Made by a program: the position numbers and the translations under genes. Below, piece by piece: positions 37,036 to 50,135 of a stretch of 51,101 bases of DNA. Below the pieces are notes generated by a model. The model saw only the letters and a program-made list of their open reading frames with translations. It was not told the origin of the DNA and ran no database searches. Within the stretch, counting starts at the first letter, position 1, and every line of letters begins with the position of its first letter. The stretch is taken from NCBI GenBank assembly GCA_028817855.1, contig JAPPOT010000083.1, forward strand, positions 1 to 51,101, in the 5' to 3' direction. Source of the stretch: Myxococcales bacterium. Lineage in GTDB: Bacteria > Myxococcota_A > Polyangia > Polyangiales > JAFGIB01.

Positions 37036-38648
37036 GGGCGTCGCGCACGATGCGGCCCTGGCTCTGGGCCATGTGCGCCCTGGTCCTGCTTTCCTGTGAT
37101 CGCCGGGAGCGGGACACCCAGCTGCACACCATCGCCTTCGCGGGCGACACGATTCTTGGCCGCAGCGTCAACACCCTGGTCGAGCGCCACGGCGTCGACT
37201 GGCCCCTGCGAGAGGTGCGCGAGTCGCTCGCCGGCGCCGACCTCACAGTCGTGAATCTCGAGTGCGTGATCGCGGCCGGGGGGGCGCACGCGGGTTTGCA
37301 GCGCGGCGCCCGGGCCTACCTGCGCGGTCGCCCCGAGCTGGTCGGCACGCTGGCCGGCGCCGGGATCGACATCGCCAGCCTGGCCAACAACCACGGTGGC
37401 GACTACGGCCCCGATGCCGTGCTGGAGTCGATCCGCTGGCTGAGCGAGGCCGGCGTCTCGCCGCTGGGGGTGGGGGCCAACGCCGACGCCGCCACGGCGC
37501 CGGTGTACCGCCAGTTGGGCGGGACCACGGTGGGTTTCGTCGGCGTGCAGACGATGGTGCGCAGCTCGCGCGCGACCGGGAAGCGCGCCGGCACCAACCA
37601 CGTCGGCGCGCGCAACGCCGACGAGTTCGTCGCCGAGGTGAAGCGCCAGGTGAAGCGCGCGCGTCGCCACGCCGATCTGGTGCTGCTCGTGATCCACTGG
37701 GGCCCGAACAATCGCGAACGCCCCAGCGAGCACCACCGGACGCTCGCCCGCCGCTTCGTGCGGGAGGCCGGCATCGACGGCCTGCTCGGCAGCAGCGCGC
37801 ACCTGCTGCAGGGCATCGAGGTGATCGACGGACGCCCGATCATCTACGATGCGGGCAACCTGGTGCTCGACTGGCGCGCCACGCGACCGTGGACGCACCG
37901 CTCGGCGATCTTCGTGTTGCACGCGAACAATCACGGCATCGCCAGGGTCGAGGTGAAGCCCACCACGCTCTTCCTCGGGCACACGCGCATGGCGACGGAG
38001 AAGGAGGGGGCGAAGATCCTGGAGCGCCTCGACATGCTCTCGCGTGAGCTCGGCACCACCCTCGCGATCGAGGGGGACCGTGCGTCGCTCGAGCTCGTCC
38101 GCCCACAGCCGCCGCCCCTCGCGCCCGACCCTTACCGACCACCGGCGGAGGCGCCGCCCGCGCCGCGCATGCCCGACTGGAGCTCCTACCAGCCGGCGGT
38201 CGTCGTGGAGCGCTTGCCCGCCTCGGCAACGCCGCTGCGCGTGCGCTTCGAGCAAGGATTCGAGCTGCTGGGCTATGAGCTGCCCAGGGAAATCGACCGC
38301 AAGCTCGGGGTCAACGTGGCGACCTACTGGCGCGCGAGCGAGTCGCCTTCCAGGTCGTACCGCATCTTCCTCGAGCTGCACCGCGTACTGCCCGATGGCG
38401 GCACAAAGCGCGCGCTCAGAGGGCAGGAGCATCAGCCGGCCGACTGGATGTACCCCACCACCCGCTGGCAGCCCGGCGAGATCGTCCGCGACTTCTTCCA
38501 CATCCGCACTCCGGCAGGGCTGAAGAAGCCGACCACCTACGAGGTGATCGTGGGTCTGCTGGGCGGCAGGCGACGTTTGAAGGTCTTGGATGCGGCCCAG
38601 CACGACGGCAAACACGCGGTCTCGTTGGGCAAGGTCACCCGGCGCTAG
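37032..38648 (+). CDS. CapA/PGA_cap-family metallophosphoesterase-like lipoprotein with an extra C-terminal domain
   Basis: 538 aa from ATG 37032, overlapping the upstream stop (ATGA). Lipobox LLSC. Motifs AFAGDT, NLE and ANNHGGDYG. About 180-aa C-terminal extension. Confidence 0.65.
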   Translation: MRASRTMRPWLWAMCALVLLSCDRRERDTQLHTIAFAGDTILGRSVNTLVERHGVDWPLREVRESLAGADLTVVNLECVIAAGGAHAGLQRGARAYLRGRPELVGTLAGAGIDIASLANNHGGDYGPDAVLESIRWLSEAGVSPLGVGANADAATAPVYRQLGGTTVGFVGVQTMVRSSRATGKRAGTNHVGARNADEFVAEVKRQVKRARRHADLVLLVIHWGPNNRERPSEHHRTLARRFVREAGIDGLLGSSAHLLQGIEVIDGRPIIYDAGNLVLDWRATRPWTHRSAIFVLHANNHGIARVEVKPTTLFLGHTRMATEKEGAKILERLDMLSRELGTTLAIEGDRASLELVRPQPPPLAPDPYRPPAEAPPAPRMPDWSSYQPAVVVERLPASATPLRVRFEQGFELLGYELPREIDRKLGVNVATYWRASESPSRSYRIFLELHRVLPDGGTKRALRGQEHQPADWMYPTTRWQPGEIVRDFFHIRTPAGLKKPTTYEVIVGLLGGRRRLKVLDAAQHDGKHAVSLGKVTRR

Positions 38649-38701
38649 TGGCGTGCGCTGTAGGCTCGGCGCTTCGGATGGGCTGATGAGGGGCGGGGTC
38701 G

Positions 38702-38868
38702 GTGCTGGAAGAGCTGGCCTCTGGAGCGGTGCACCTGACCGGCCTGCAGCTCCTCAGCGGCCATCTCGATCAAGACAAAAGAGCCTGCGCATCGTGTGCC
38801 GGGCGCACAATCAGCTCTTCGCCGAGCGCGACTTCGGCCCGTTGTTCATGGCGCAAGCGAGACGCTGA
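38702..38868 (+). pseudogene. Decayed HNH endonuclease remnant (internal deletion plus frameshift)
   Basis: One frame reads LEELASGAVHLTGLQLLSGHLDQD (N-terminal-like). Another frame reads LRIVCRAHNQLFAERDFG...* (the typical HNH C-terminus). Only about 55 codons remain. Confidence 0.55.
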
Positions 38869-38895
38869 GAACGTCTCCGGGCCCGTATGTCCGGC

Positions 38896-42073
<3,178 letters not shown>

Positions 42074-42082
42074 AGCGCCCTT

Positions 42083-43306
42083 CTACCGCGAAGCCGGCGC
42101 CGCGCCCAAGCGCGCCATGCACCAGCGCAGCTCGCGGGCGATCGCGTCCTCCAGCGGGACCGTGCGCGCTTCCTCGGGCAGCACGTCCCAGGTGTACGTC
42201 TCCACCTCCAGGTGCTGGCTGATCGGCTCGGCCTGCTGCAGCGAGAGCAGCTCGCCCAGGAACGCCTGGGTGCTGCCAAAGGCGGGCAGACGCTCGAGGA
42301 AGACCGGCACGTGGAAGTGCACGCGCCACTCCTGGGGCTCGCCCTCTGGCACCGGCGTCGCCAGGGCCTCGGGCAGATCCCCGTAGCGCGTGAGCTCCCC
42401 GTCGGCCCCCCGCGCCACCACCTGGTGCAGGTAGACGTCGTCGAGGTAGGGCTCGAGCGCGGCGCGCGCGGCCGCGTCGGCGCGCTCGATGCGCAACCCC
42501 GCGCTCAGCTGCAGCTTGTAGACCGCGATCCCCGCCTGCCGCAGCGCCGCCACGCCGGCGCGCGCGTCCTCGAACTCGACCGCGGCGTGGCAGGCGTCCA
42601 GGCATAGCCCCAGGTGCCGCCGCAGCAGGCCGGCCGCCCGCTGGGAGTCGGTCGCGCACAGCTCCGCCATGCGCGTCGCCGCCGCCTCGCCGTGCAGATG
42701 CTCGCCGAAGAAGGCGACCGCCTGCTCGATCGTCTCGATGTGGCAGCAGGGCTCCGGCTCCACCGCCAGCGCCACGCGCTTTCCAGTGCGCGCCTCCAGC
42801 GTCGCGAGCGCCGCCGCGTGCTGCAGCATCTGCTCGGACATCGCCGCCACCGCTGCTGGGTCGCCCGCCCCCTCGGATGCGTAGGCACCCGGCACCGTGC
42901 TCACGCTGCCGTCCATGCCGTCCGGCAGCAGCTCCGCCAGCAGCGACGCCAGCTCGTCGCTGTAGCGCCGACGCTCGTCGTCGCGCCAGTCCGGCAGGTA
43001 GACGCGCTCCTTCACCGCGGTGCCGTGAAAGGCGCCGTGGGGGAAGCCGTTGATCGTGAAGACGTGCATGCCGGCGTCGTCCAGGAAGCGCTTGAGCTCC
43101 GCCAGCGCGCCGCCCGCGGCCAGCTCGCCGGCCGCCCGCGCCGACAACCGCAGCCCCACGCCGAAACTCTGCTCGGGTGCCACCCGCGCCTTCACCGCGA
43201 GCACGTGTCGCTCGAGCGCGTCGCGCACCTCATCCCAGCGTTCGCCCGGGTGGATGTTGGTGCAATAGGTGAGCTGCGTGCTGCGCGGCGCGCCGGGCAG
43301 CTTCAT
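42083..43306 (-). CDS. eboE: Xylose-isomerase-like TIM-barrel protein (EboE-type)
   Basis: 407 aa from ATG 43306 (internal to track ORF 42083-44512), overlapping the eboD stop (ATGA). N-terminal TYCTNIHPGE. Confidence 0.65.
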   Translation of the reverse strand: MKLPGAPRSTQLTYCTNIHPGERWDEVRDALERHVLAVKARVAPEQSFGVGLRLSARAAGELAAGGALAELKRFLDDAGMHVFTINGFPHGAFHGTAVKERVYLPDWRDDERRRYSDELASLLAELLPDGMDGSVSTVPGAYASEGAGDPAAVAAMSEQMLQHAAALATLEARTGKRVALAVEPEPCCHIETIEQAVAFFGEHLHGEAAATRMAELCATDSQRAAGLLRRHLGLCLDACHAAVEFEDARAGVAALRQAGIAVYKLQLSAGLRIERADAAARAALEPYLDDVYLHQVVARGADGELTRYGDLPEALATPVPEGEPQEWRVHFHVPVFLERLPAFGSTQAFLGELLSLQQAEPISQHLEVETYTWDVLPEEARTVPLEDAIARELRWCMARLGAAPASR

Positions 43307-44487
43307 TGCGCCGCGTCGCGGGCCCCTTCGCGCGCCTTGAGCCAGGCCAGAGCGCGGGCCACGTGCTTCGCGTCGACTGCGTGCACCTCGACGCCGACAC
43401 CGAGCTCGCGCAGCATCGTCACGGTCAGCTCCCCGCCCAGGTGCTCGCGGAACTCGCGCAAGCCGTCGAGCAGCTCGGGCTCGCCCTGCGCGTCCCGCTG
43501 CTCGAGCGCCGGGTGCCACAGCGAGAAGCCGAGTGCTTCCAGCAGGTCGCAGATCGCCTCGAGCGCGCCGGGCTCCAGCAGCCCCTGCTCCACGCTGCAG
43601 AAGCTGTCGATCACCATGCCGATCGCCACCGCCTCGCCGTGGCGGACCTGGTGGCTGCTCAGGGACTCGAGCTTGTGGGCCACCCAGTGGCCGAAGTCGA
43701 GCGGGCGCGCGCTGCCGAACTCGAAGGGATCGCCACCGCCGGCGATGTGCTGCATGTGGATCTCGGCGGCGCGCCGGATCATGTGCGCCATCGCCACCGG
43801 CTCGAAGGCGCGCAGTCCCTCGACGTGCTCCTGCAGCCAGCGGAAGAGCTCCCCGTCCCGGATCAGCGCGACCTTGACCGCCTCGGCCATGCCGGCGCGC
43901 AAGTCCCGCGCCTCGAGCGTGGCCAGGAAGTCCGCGTCGTTGATCACGGCGAAGGGCGGCGTGAAGGTGCCGAGGAAGTTCTTGGCGCCGAAGGCGTTGA
44001 TCCCGGTCTTCACGCCGATGCCGGAGTCGTTCTGGGACAGCACGGTCGTGGGCAGGCGGATCAGGCGTACGCCCCGGTGGCATGTGGCCGCCGCGTACCC
44101 GACCGCGTCGAGCACGGCGCCGCCGCCGATCGCGACCACGTAGGACTGGCGGTCTACGCCGAGCCGGCGCATGTCCTCCTGCAGCCCCTCGACGATGGCC
44201 GGCGACTGCTTCACCTGCTCGCCGCCGGGGATGACCGTGGGGGTCTCGAGTAGCTCGAGTCGGTCGGCGTGCCGCGCACAGTAGGTCGCGATCGCCCGCG
44301 GCAGCTCCGGGAAGCCGCGGGCCACGCCGCTGTCGACCACCACGAACATGCGATGGCGCCGCTCGGGCTCGCGGCTCGCGAGCACGTCCGCGAGGGTCGA
44401 ATTGTTGGGGTCGAAGACGCCCCGCGTGAAGCACACCGCGTACTCGAACGGCACGCTGAAGCGCTGGCGGTAGATCTGGTTGCTCAC
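43303..44487 (-). CDS. eboD: 3-dehydroquinate-synthase-like sugar phosphate cyclase (EboD-type)
   Basis: 394 aa, GTG start. NAD motif VAIGGGAVLDAVGYAAA, LPTTVLSQNDSGIGVKTGIN, GMAEAVKVALI. Confidence 0.75.
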   Translation of the reverse strand: MSNQIYRQRFSVPFEYAVCFTRGVFDPNNSTLADVLASREPERRHRMFVVVDSGVARGFPELPRAIATYCARHADRLELLETPTVIPGGEQVKQSPAIVEGLQEDMRRLGVDRQSYVVAIGGGAVLDAVGYAAATCHRGVRLIRLPTTVLSQNDSGIGVKTGINAFGAKNFLGTFTPPFAVINDADFLATLEARDLRAGMAEAVKVALIRDGELFRWLQEHVEGLRAFEPVAMAHMIRRAAEIHMQHIAGGGDPFEFGSARPLDFGHWVAHKLESLSSHQVRHGEAVAIGMVIDSFCSVEQGLLEPGALEAICDLLEALGFSLWHPALEQRDAQGEPELLDGLREFREHLGGELTVTMLRELGVGVEVHAVDAKHVARALAWLKAREGARDAAQ

Positions 44488-44622
44488 GCCCTCTTACTTC
44501 CCTGACAACCACCCTCGCCCGGGCGTACCCACTGCGCGCCAGGCGAGAGATGACCGTAGCACGCCAAACATCCTAAGTGTAGGACGTTTCATTGAATTTC
44601 CCCACGTGGGAGCGCCTGCCCC

Positions 44623-44653
44623 TGGTACACCCGTTGCCGGCACACCCATTGCA
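44623..44653 (+). promoter_or_regulatory. Tandem sigma-54 -24/-12 promoter elements
   Basis: TGGTAC-ACCCG-TTGCC (44623-44638) is followed directly by GGCAC-ACCCA-TTGCA (44639-44653). Both have canonical spacing and lie 55-85 nt upstream of ATG 44708. The palindrome CCCACGTGGG is at 44601-44610. Confidence 0.6.
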
Positions 44654-44707
44654 GCACTCCAGGGTGGGTACGTCTCGGGCTGCGGCGCCGGTGCGTCCCG
44701 GCACACG

Positions 44708-45163
44708 ATGGCACAAGCGGCTGACGTAAAGGGCGGGATCGGCGTTCTCCTCGGCTTGGGGCTGGTGCTGGCCTGCGCGCTGCTGGCTGCCTGTGGCGAC
44801 GACAGCTCCGCCGACTTCGGTTCCTCGCCGGCGGCCGGGCCCGGGCTCGAGCCCCCCGGCACCCCCGGTGGCGACACCAGCATCCCCGGCGACACGATGG
44901 GCCCCGGCCTCGAGCCGCCAGGACAAACGCCCACCGGGGTCGCTGGCGGGGGTGCCGACGTGCGCACCGACGGCGGGGTGAACGTGGACGACGGCGCGGA
45001 GCAGCTGCCCCGCCCGGACGATGGCCGGAGCGCCTTCGGCCCCTCCGGGGGACCGCCCGCGCCCGCCGACGAGGGAAGCGCGCTGCGGGACCCGCCGCTC
45101 GATGGCGGCGTCCCGGATGGCTGGGACGAGTTCTTCGCCGACGACGACGCCGGCGTGCCCTAG
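44708..45163 (+). CDS. Pro/Gly/Asp-rich low-complexity lipoprotein
   Basis: 151 aa from ATG 44708. Signal peptide with lipobox LLAAC. Repeated GPGLEPPG segments. Confidence 0.5.
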   Translation: MAQAADVKGGIGVLLGLGLVLACALLAACGDDSSADFGSSPAAGPGLEPPGTPGGDTSIPGDTMGPGLEPPGQTPTGVAGGGADVRTDGGVNVDDGAEQLPRPDDGRSAFGPSGGPPAPADEGSALRDPPLDGGVPDGWDEFFADDDAGVP

Positions 45164-45178
45164 CCCGGATCCGGGCTA
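45161..45178. terminator. 18-nt perfect palindrome between convergent genes
   Basis: TAGCCCGGATCCGGGCTA lies between stop 45161-45163 (+) and stop 45185-45187 (-). AGCCCGG is repeated again at 45178-45184. Confidence 0.35.
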
Positions 45179-45184
45179 GCCCGG

Positions 45185-47398
45185 TCAGTCGCGCAGGGCG
45201 AGCGCCGCCTCGATCACGTCCGCTTCCGACGGCAGCACCAGCTCGGCCGCGTCGCCCAGTGGCGCGAAGCTCTCCTTGGCCGTGACCAGTGACAGCGCGA
45301 CCTCGCGCGTGCGGCGCGCGACCTCGGTGACCAGCCCCTCGCCCACGTTGCCCGCCTGGCGGCACTCGTCGAGCACGAGCAGCTTGCCGGTGGCGCGCGC
45401 GTGCCCCAGCACCGGCTCCACCGGCAGCGGCGCCAGCCAGCGCAGATCGACGATGCGCGCGCGCAGCCCGTGCTCTCGCGCGAGCGTGCGCGCGGCGCGC
45501 CGGGCGATGCGTACGCCGTTGGCGTAGGTGGCGATCGTCATGTCGCCGGCCTCCGCCTCGTACAAGCCGACCTCGCCGATCCCGATCGCCTCCCCGGGCG
45601 AGGGGTACTCGCAGGCCAGCTCGCCGTCCCCCGCCTCGTGCAGGTCGCGCTGCACGTAGAGCGCGATCGGCTCGAGGAAGACCGTCACGCGTCCCTCGAC
45701 CCGCGCGGACGCCGCCAGCGTCCGCAGCAGCCGCACCGCGTCCGCGCCGTTGCTGGGCGTGGCGATGCGCAGACCCGGGATGTCGCGCAGCACCGCCAGG
45801 GAGTTGTCGTTGTGAAAGTGCCCGCCGAAGCCCTTCTGGTAGCCGAAGGAGGCGACGCGCAGCACCATCGGCGCCGCCAGCTGCCCGTTCGAGAAGAAGC
45901 GCGTGCTGGCTGCCTCGCCGCGCAGCTGGTCCTCGGCGTTGTGCAAGAAGGCCAGGTACTGAATCTCCGGGATCGGCAACAGACCCACGAAGGCCGCGCC
46001 CTGGGCGAGGGCCAGAATGGTGGTTTCGTCGAGCAGGGTGTTGAACACGCGGCCCGCCCCGAACTCCTTCCAGAGCCCCGCGGTGATGTTGTAGACGCCG
46101 CCCTTCTCGGCCACGTCCTCCCCGAACACCAGCGTCTGGGGGTAGCGCCGCATCAGCTCCTGGAGCGCCCAGTTGATCATCCGCCCCATCGGTTGCGCGC
46201 CGGACCGCTTGCCGCCCGTCTTGCCAGACCGCACCTCCGCCAGCACTTCCGCTTCGCGGCTCGCCGCCAGCGGCTCCATCACCTCGGAGGCGCTCCGCAG
46301 CTTGGGCCGTCCGATCGCGGCGCTCGCGGCCTGCCACACGCGCTCGCCGATCGCCGCATCCAGGTCGGACAGGGCCTGGCCGCCGAGCAGGCCGTGCTCC
46401 GTGAGCAGGCGTGCGCTCTGCAGCACGGGGTCGCGCGCGGCCGCCCGCTCCAGCTCGGCGCGCCCGCGGTAGACGCTGTCCGGATCGGCGCCCGAGTGCC
46501 CCATCAGGCGCGCGCACTCCATGTGCAGCACCACCGGCCGGCGCTCGCTGCGGCAGAGCTCGGTGGCCTGGCTGGCGATCTCGAAGAGCACCGGCAGGTC
46601 CCAGCCGGGGGCCCGGAAGTAGGGCAGGGCGGGGCCGGCCGCGAGCATCGCCTCCACCCAGCCCCGTGGCGTGCGCACCGACAGCCCTAGCCCGTTGTCC
46701 TCGCACAGGATCAGCAGCGGCAGGGGCAGCTTCTGGTGGGCGACCCAGCGCGCGGCGTTGACCGCCGCGACGCTGCTCGCGTGGTTGAGCGAGGCGTCGC
46801 CGAGGCTGGTCAGTACGATCGCGTCCGCCGGCAGCTCCTGCTCGCCCAGGCGCGGCACCAGGTCGCAGCGCCGCGCGCGCTCCAGACACAGCGCCATGCC
46901 GACCGCCTTGGGCAGCTGGCTGCCGATGGTGCTGGTCTGGGGCAGCACGCACAGGGGCATGCTGCCGAAGACCTTGTGGCGCCCCCCGGCGATCGGGTCC
47001 TCGCTCGATGCGGTCAGCCCCAGCACGACGGCCTCGATGGCGTCGACCTCGTCGGCCAGCCGCGCACGCTCGGCGAAGAAGCCGCCGCTGCGGTAGTGCA
47101 GCAAGGCGGGATCGGTCCGGCGCAGGACCCGCCCGAGCACGGCGTTGCCCTCGTGGCCGCAGCTGGTGATCGTGTAGAAGCCCTCGCCCCGGGCGCGCAG
47201 CTCGAAGGCCACCCGGTCCAGATGGCGCGCCGTGAGCTGGGACTCGAACAGGGCCAGGGCGTCCCGGGCCGAGAGCCGGGAGGCGGCCTGGACCGGCGCA
47301 TCGTCGGTGAGGTCGCTCACCGGGCCGGTGGGGGCACCGGTCTCGGCGGCCAGGTCGGCGAGCTTTCCATGCAGTTGCAGGAGTCGGTCGAGCGGCAT
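45185..47398 (-). CDS. Fused alpha/beta thiamine-diphosphate-dependent 2-oxoacid dehydrogenase E1 component
   Basis: 737 aa. N-terminal half is E1-alpha-like (ITSCGHEGN, TPP-binding region). C-terminal half is E1-beta-like (transketolase pyrimidine-binding and C-terminal domains). Confidence 0.75.
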   Translation of the reverse strand: MPLDRLLQLHGKLADLAAETGAPTGPVSDLTDDAPVQAASRLSARDALALFESQLTARHLDRVAFELRARGEGFYTITSCGHEGNAVLGRVLRRTDPALLHYRSGGFFAERARLADEVDAIEAVVLGLTASSEDPIAGGRHKVFGSMPLCVLPQTSTIGSQLPKAVGMALCLERARRCDLVPRLGEQELPADAIVLTSLGDASLNHASSVAAVNAARWVAHQKLPLPLLILCEDNGLGLSVRTPRGWVEAMLAAGPALPYFRAPGWDLPVLFEIASQATELCRSERRPVVLHMECARLMGHSGADPDSVYRGRAELERAAARDPVLQSARLLTEHGLLGGQALSDLDAAIGERVWQAASAAIGRPKLRSASEVMEPLAASREAEVLAEVRSGKTGGKRSGAQPMGRMINWALQELMRRYPQTLVFGEDVAEKGGVYNITAGLWKEFGAGRVFNTLLDETTILALAQGAAFVGLLPIPEIQYLAFLHNAEDQLRGEAASTRFFSNGQLAAPMVLRVASFGYQKGFGGHFHNDNSLAVLRDIPGLRIATPSNGADAVRLLRTLAASARVEGRVTVFLEPIALYVQRDLHEAGDGELACEYPSPGEAIGIGEVGLYEAEAGDMTIATYANGVRIARRAARTLAREHGLRARIVDLRWLAPLPVEPVLGHARATGKLLVLDECRQAGNVGEGLVTEVARRTREVALSLVTAKESFAPLGDAAELVLPSEADVIEAALALRD

Positions 47399-47547
47399 CG
47401 TTTGCGGAAGATCTTAGGCCAGATGTCACAAACGTCACCGGCCCGTGGGCAATTGTACTTAGTTACGAAGCGAACAATGTCCGTCTCCAACCCCTGGATT
47501 TCACAGCCCGTGTTACATTCGATCCAAGTTGTGCTAACGGGTGCAAC

Positions 47548-49420
<1,873 letters not shown>

Positions 49421-49422
<2 letters not shown>

Positions 49423-49447
49423 GCTGTTCGCGCCCCAGGCGCAGCTT
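49421..49447 (+). terminator. Hairpin immediately after the activator gene stop
   Basis: AAGCTG...CAGCTT outer stem with an inner GC pairing, followed by GCGTTCTT. Confidence 0.3.
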
Positions 49448-49537
49448 GCGTTCTTGGAGAAGTCCTCGACGTACTTCCAGTACGCCTCCGGTTTCTTCTC
49501 CGGGCGCGGTCGCTTCTGAGCACGAACAGGTTGCGAC

Positions 49538-50050
49538 TTACTTCAACAAGCTCAGTCGCTCGCGATACCGCGCCTGCGACGCCACATAGTCGTCCTGCTC
49601 CAGCCCCATCGCCGTCGTCGCCCGCCGCAGCAGTGTCGTCTCGGACATGGCGATCTCCCCGTCGGCGGCCGCCAGGTCGACCAGGACGTCGAGCACTTCG
49701 CGGCGCAAGTCCTTGTCGGCCAGCTCGCGCAGGGCGCGGGTGTAGGGCTGGGTGCTGATCGAGGCGATCTCGACGATGTGGTGGTCGAGGGTCGCGCAAA
49801 TTGCGTCCACTCCCTCAGGGCCCAGGCCCTGCATCAGCCGCAGGGCCTCGCGCACGTGTGCGCGCTCGTCGTCGGTGTACTCACGGTCTGCATAGGCCAC
49901 CGACGCAAGCATGCCCGTGACGGCGATCACCAACTCGATCGTATCGTCGTCGACATCGCGCATGTGCTGCCGTACCAGGGCCTCGATGCGCGTGGCGCTG
50001 CCCGAGAGGGCCTCGTCGTCTTCGCTCTTGAGGAATCGCTTCCAGATCAT
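49538..50050 (-). CDS. TerB-like (tellurite-resistance TerB / DjlA N-terminal-type) protein
   Basis: 170 aa, acidic helical protein with ADREYTDDER...LAAADGEI repeats typical of the TerB fold. Confidence 0.5.
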   Translation of the reverse strand: MIWKRFLKSEDDEALSGSATRIEALVRQHMRDVDDDTIELVIAVTGMLASVAYADREYTDDERAHVREALRLMQGLGPEGVDAICATLDHHIVEIASISTQPYTRALRELADKDLRREVLDVLVDLAAADGEIAMSETTLLRRATTAMGLEQDDYVASQARYRERLSLLK

Positions 50051-50135
50051 CGCTGCACCAAAAATGCTACGCGCCGGCCCGCGCCGGATGCGCTATCCTG
50101 AGCCCTCTGCCGGTGTCCACCACAGACGTTTAGCC

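Noticed and set aside
47399-47425. CTGGCCTAAGATCTTCC (minus strand) directly upstream of the E1 gene as a sigma-54 promoter.
   Set aside because: There is no GC at the -12 position with correct spacing, and it would leave almost no leader before ATG 47398.
49448-49537. About 90 nt downstream of the TerB-like stop with strong coding-like periodicity on the minus strand (SQPVRAQKRPRPEKKPEAYWKYVEDFSKN; GC3 about 90%).
   Set aside because: The frame opens right after TGA codons inside the TerB 3' end. It has no ATG/GTG/TTG start and no stop before running antisense through the activator gene. It is at best a relic of a lost gene end. A +1 frameshift from TerB at AAG-TAA-G lacks a slippery cognate codon.
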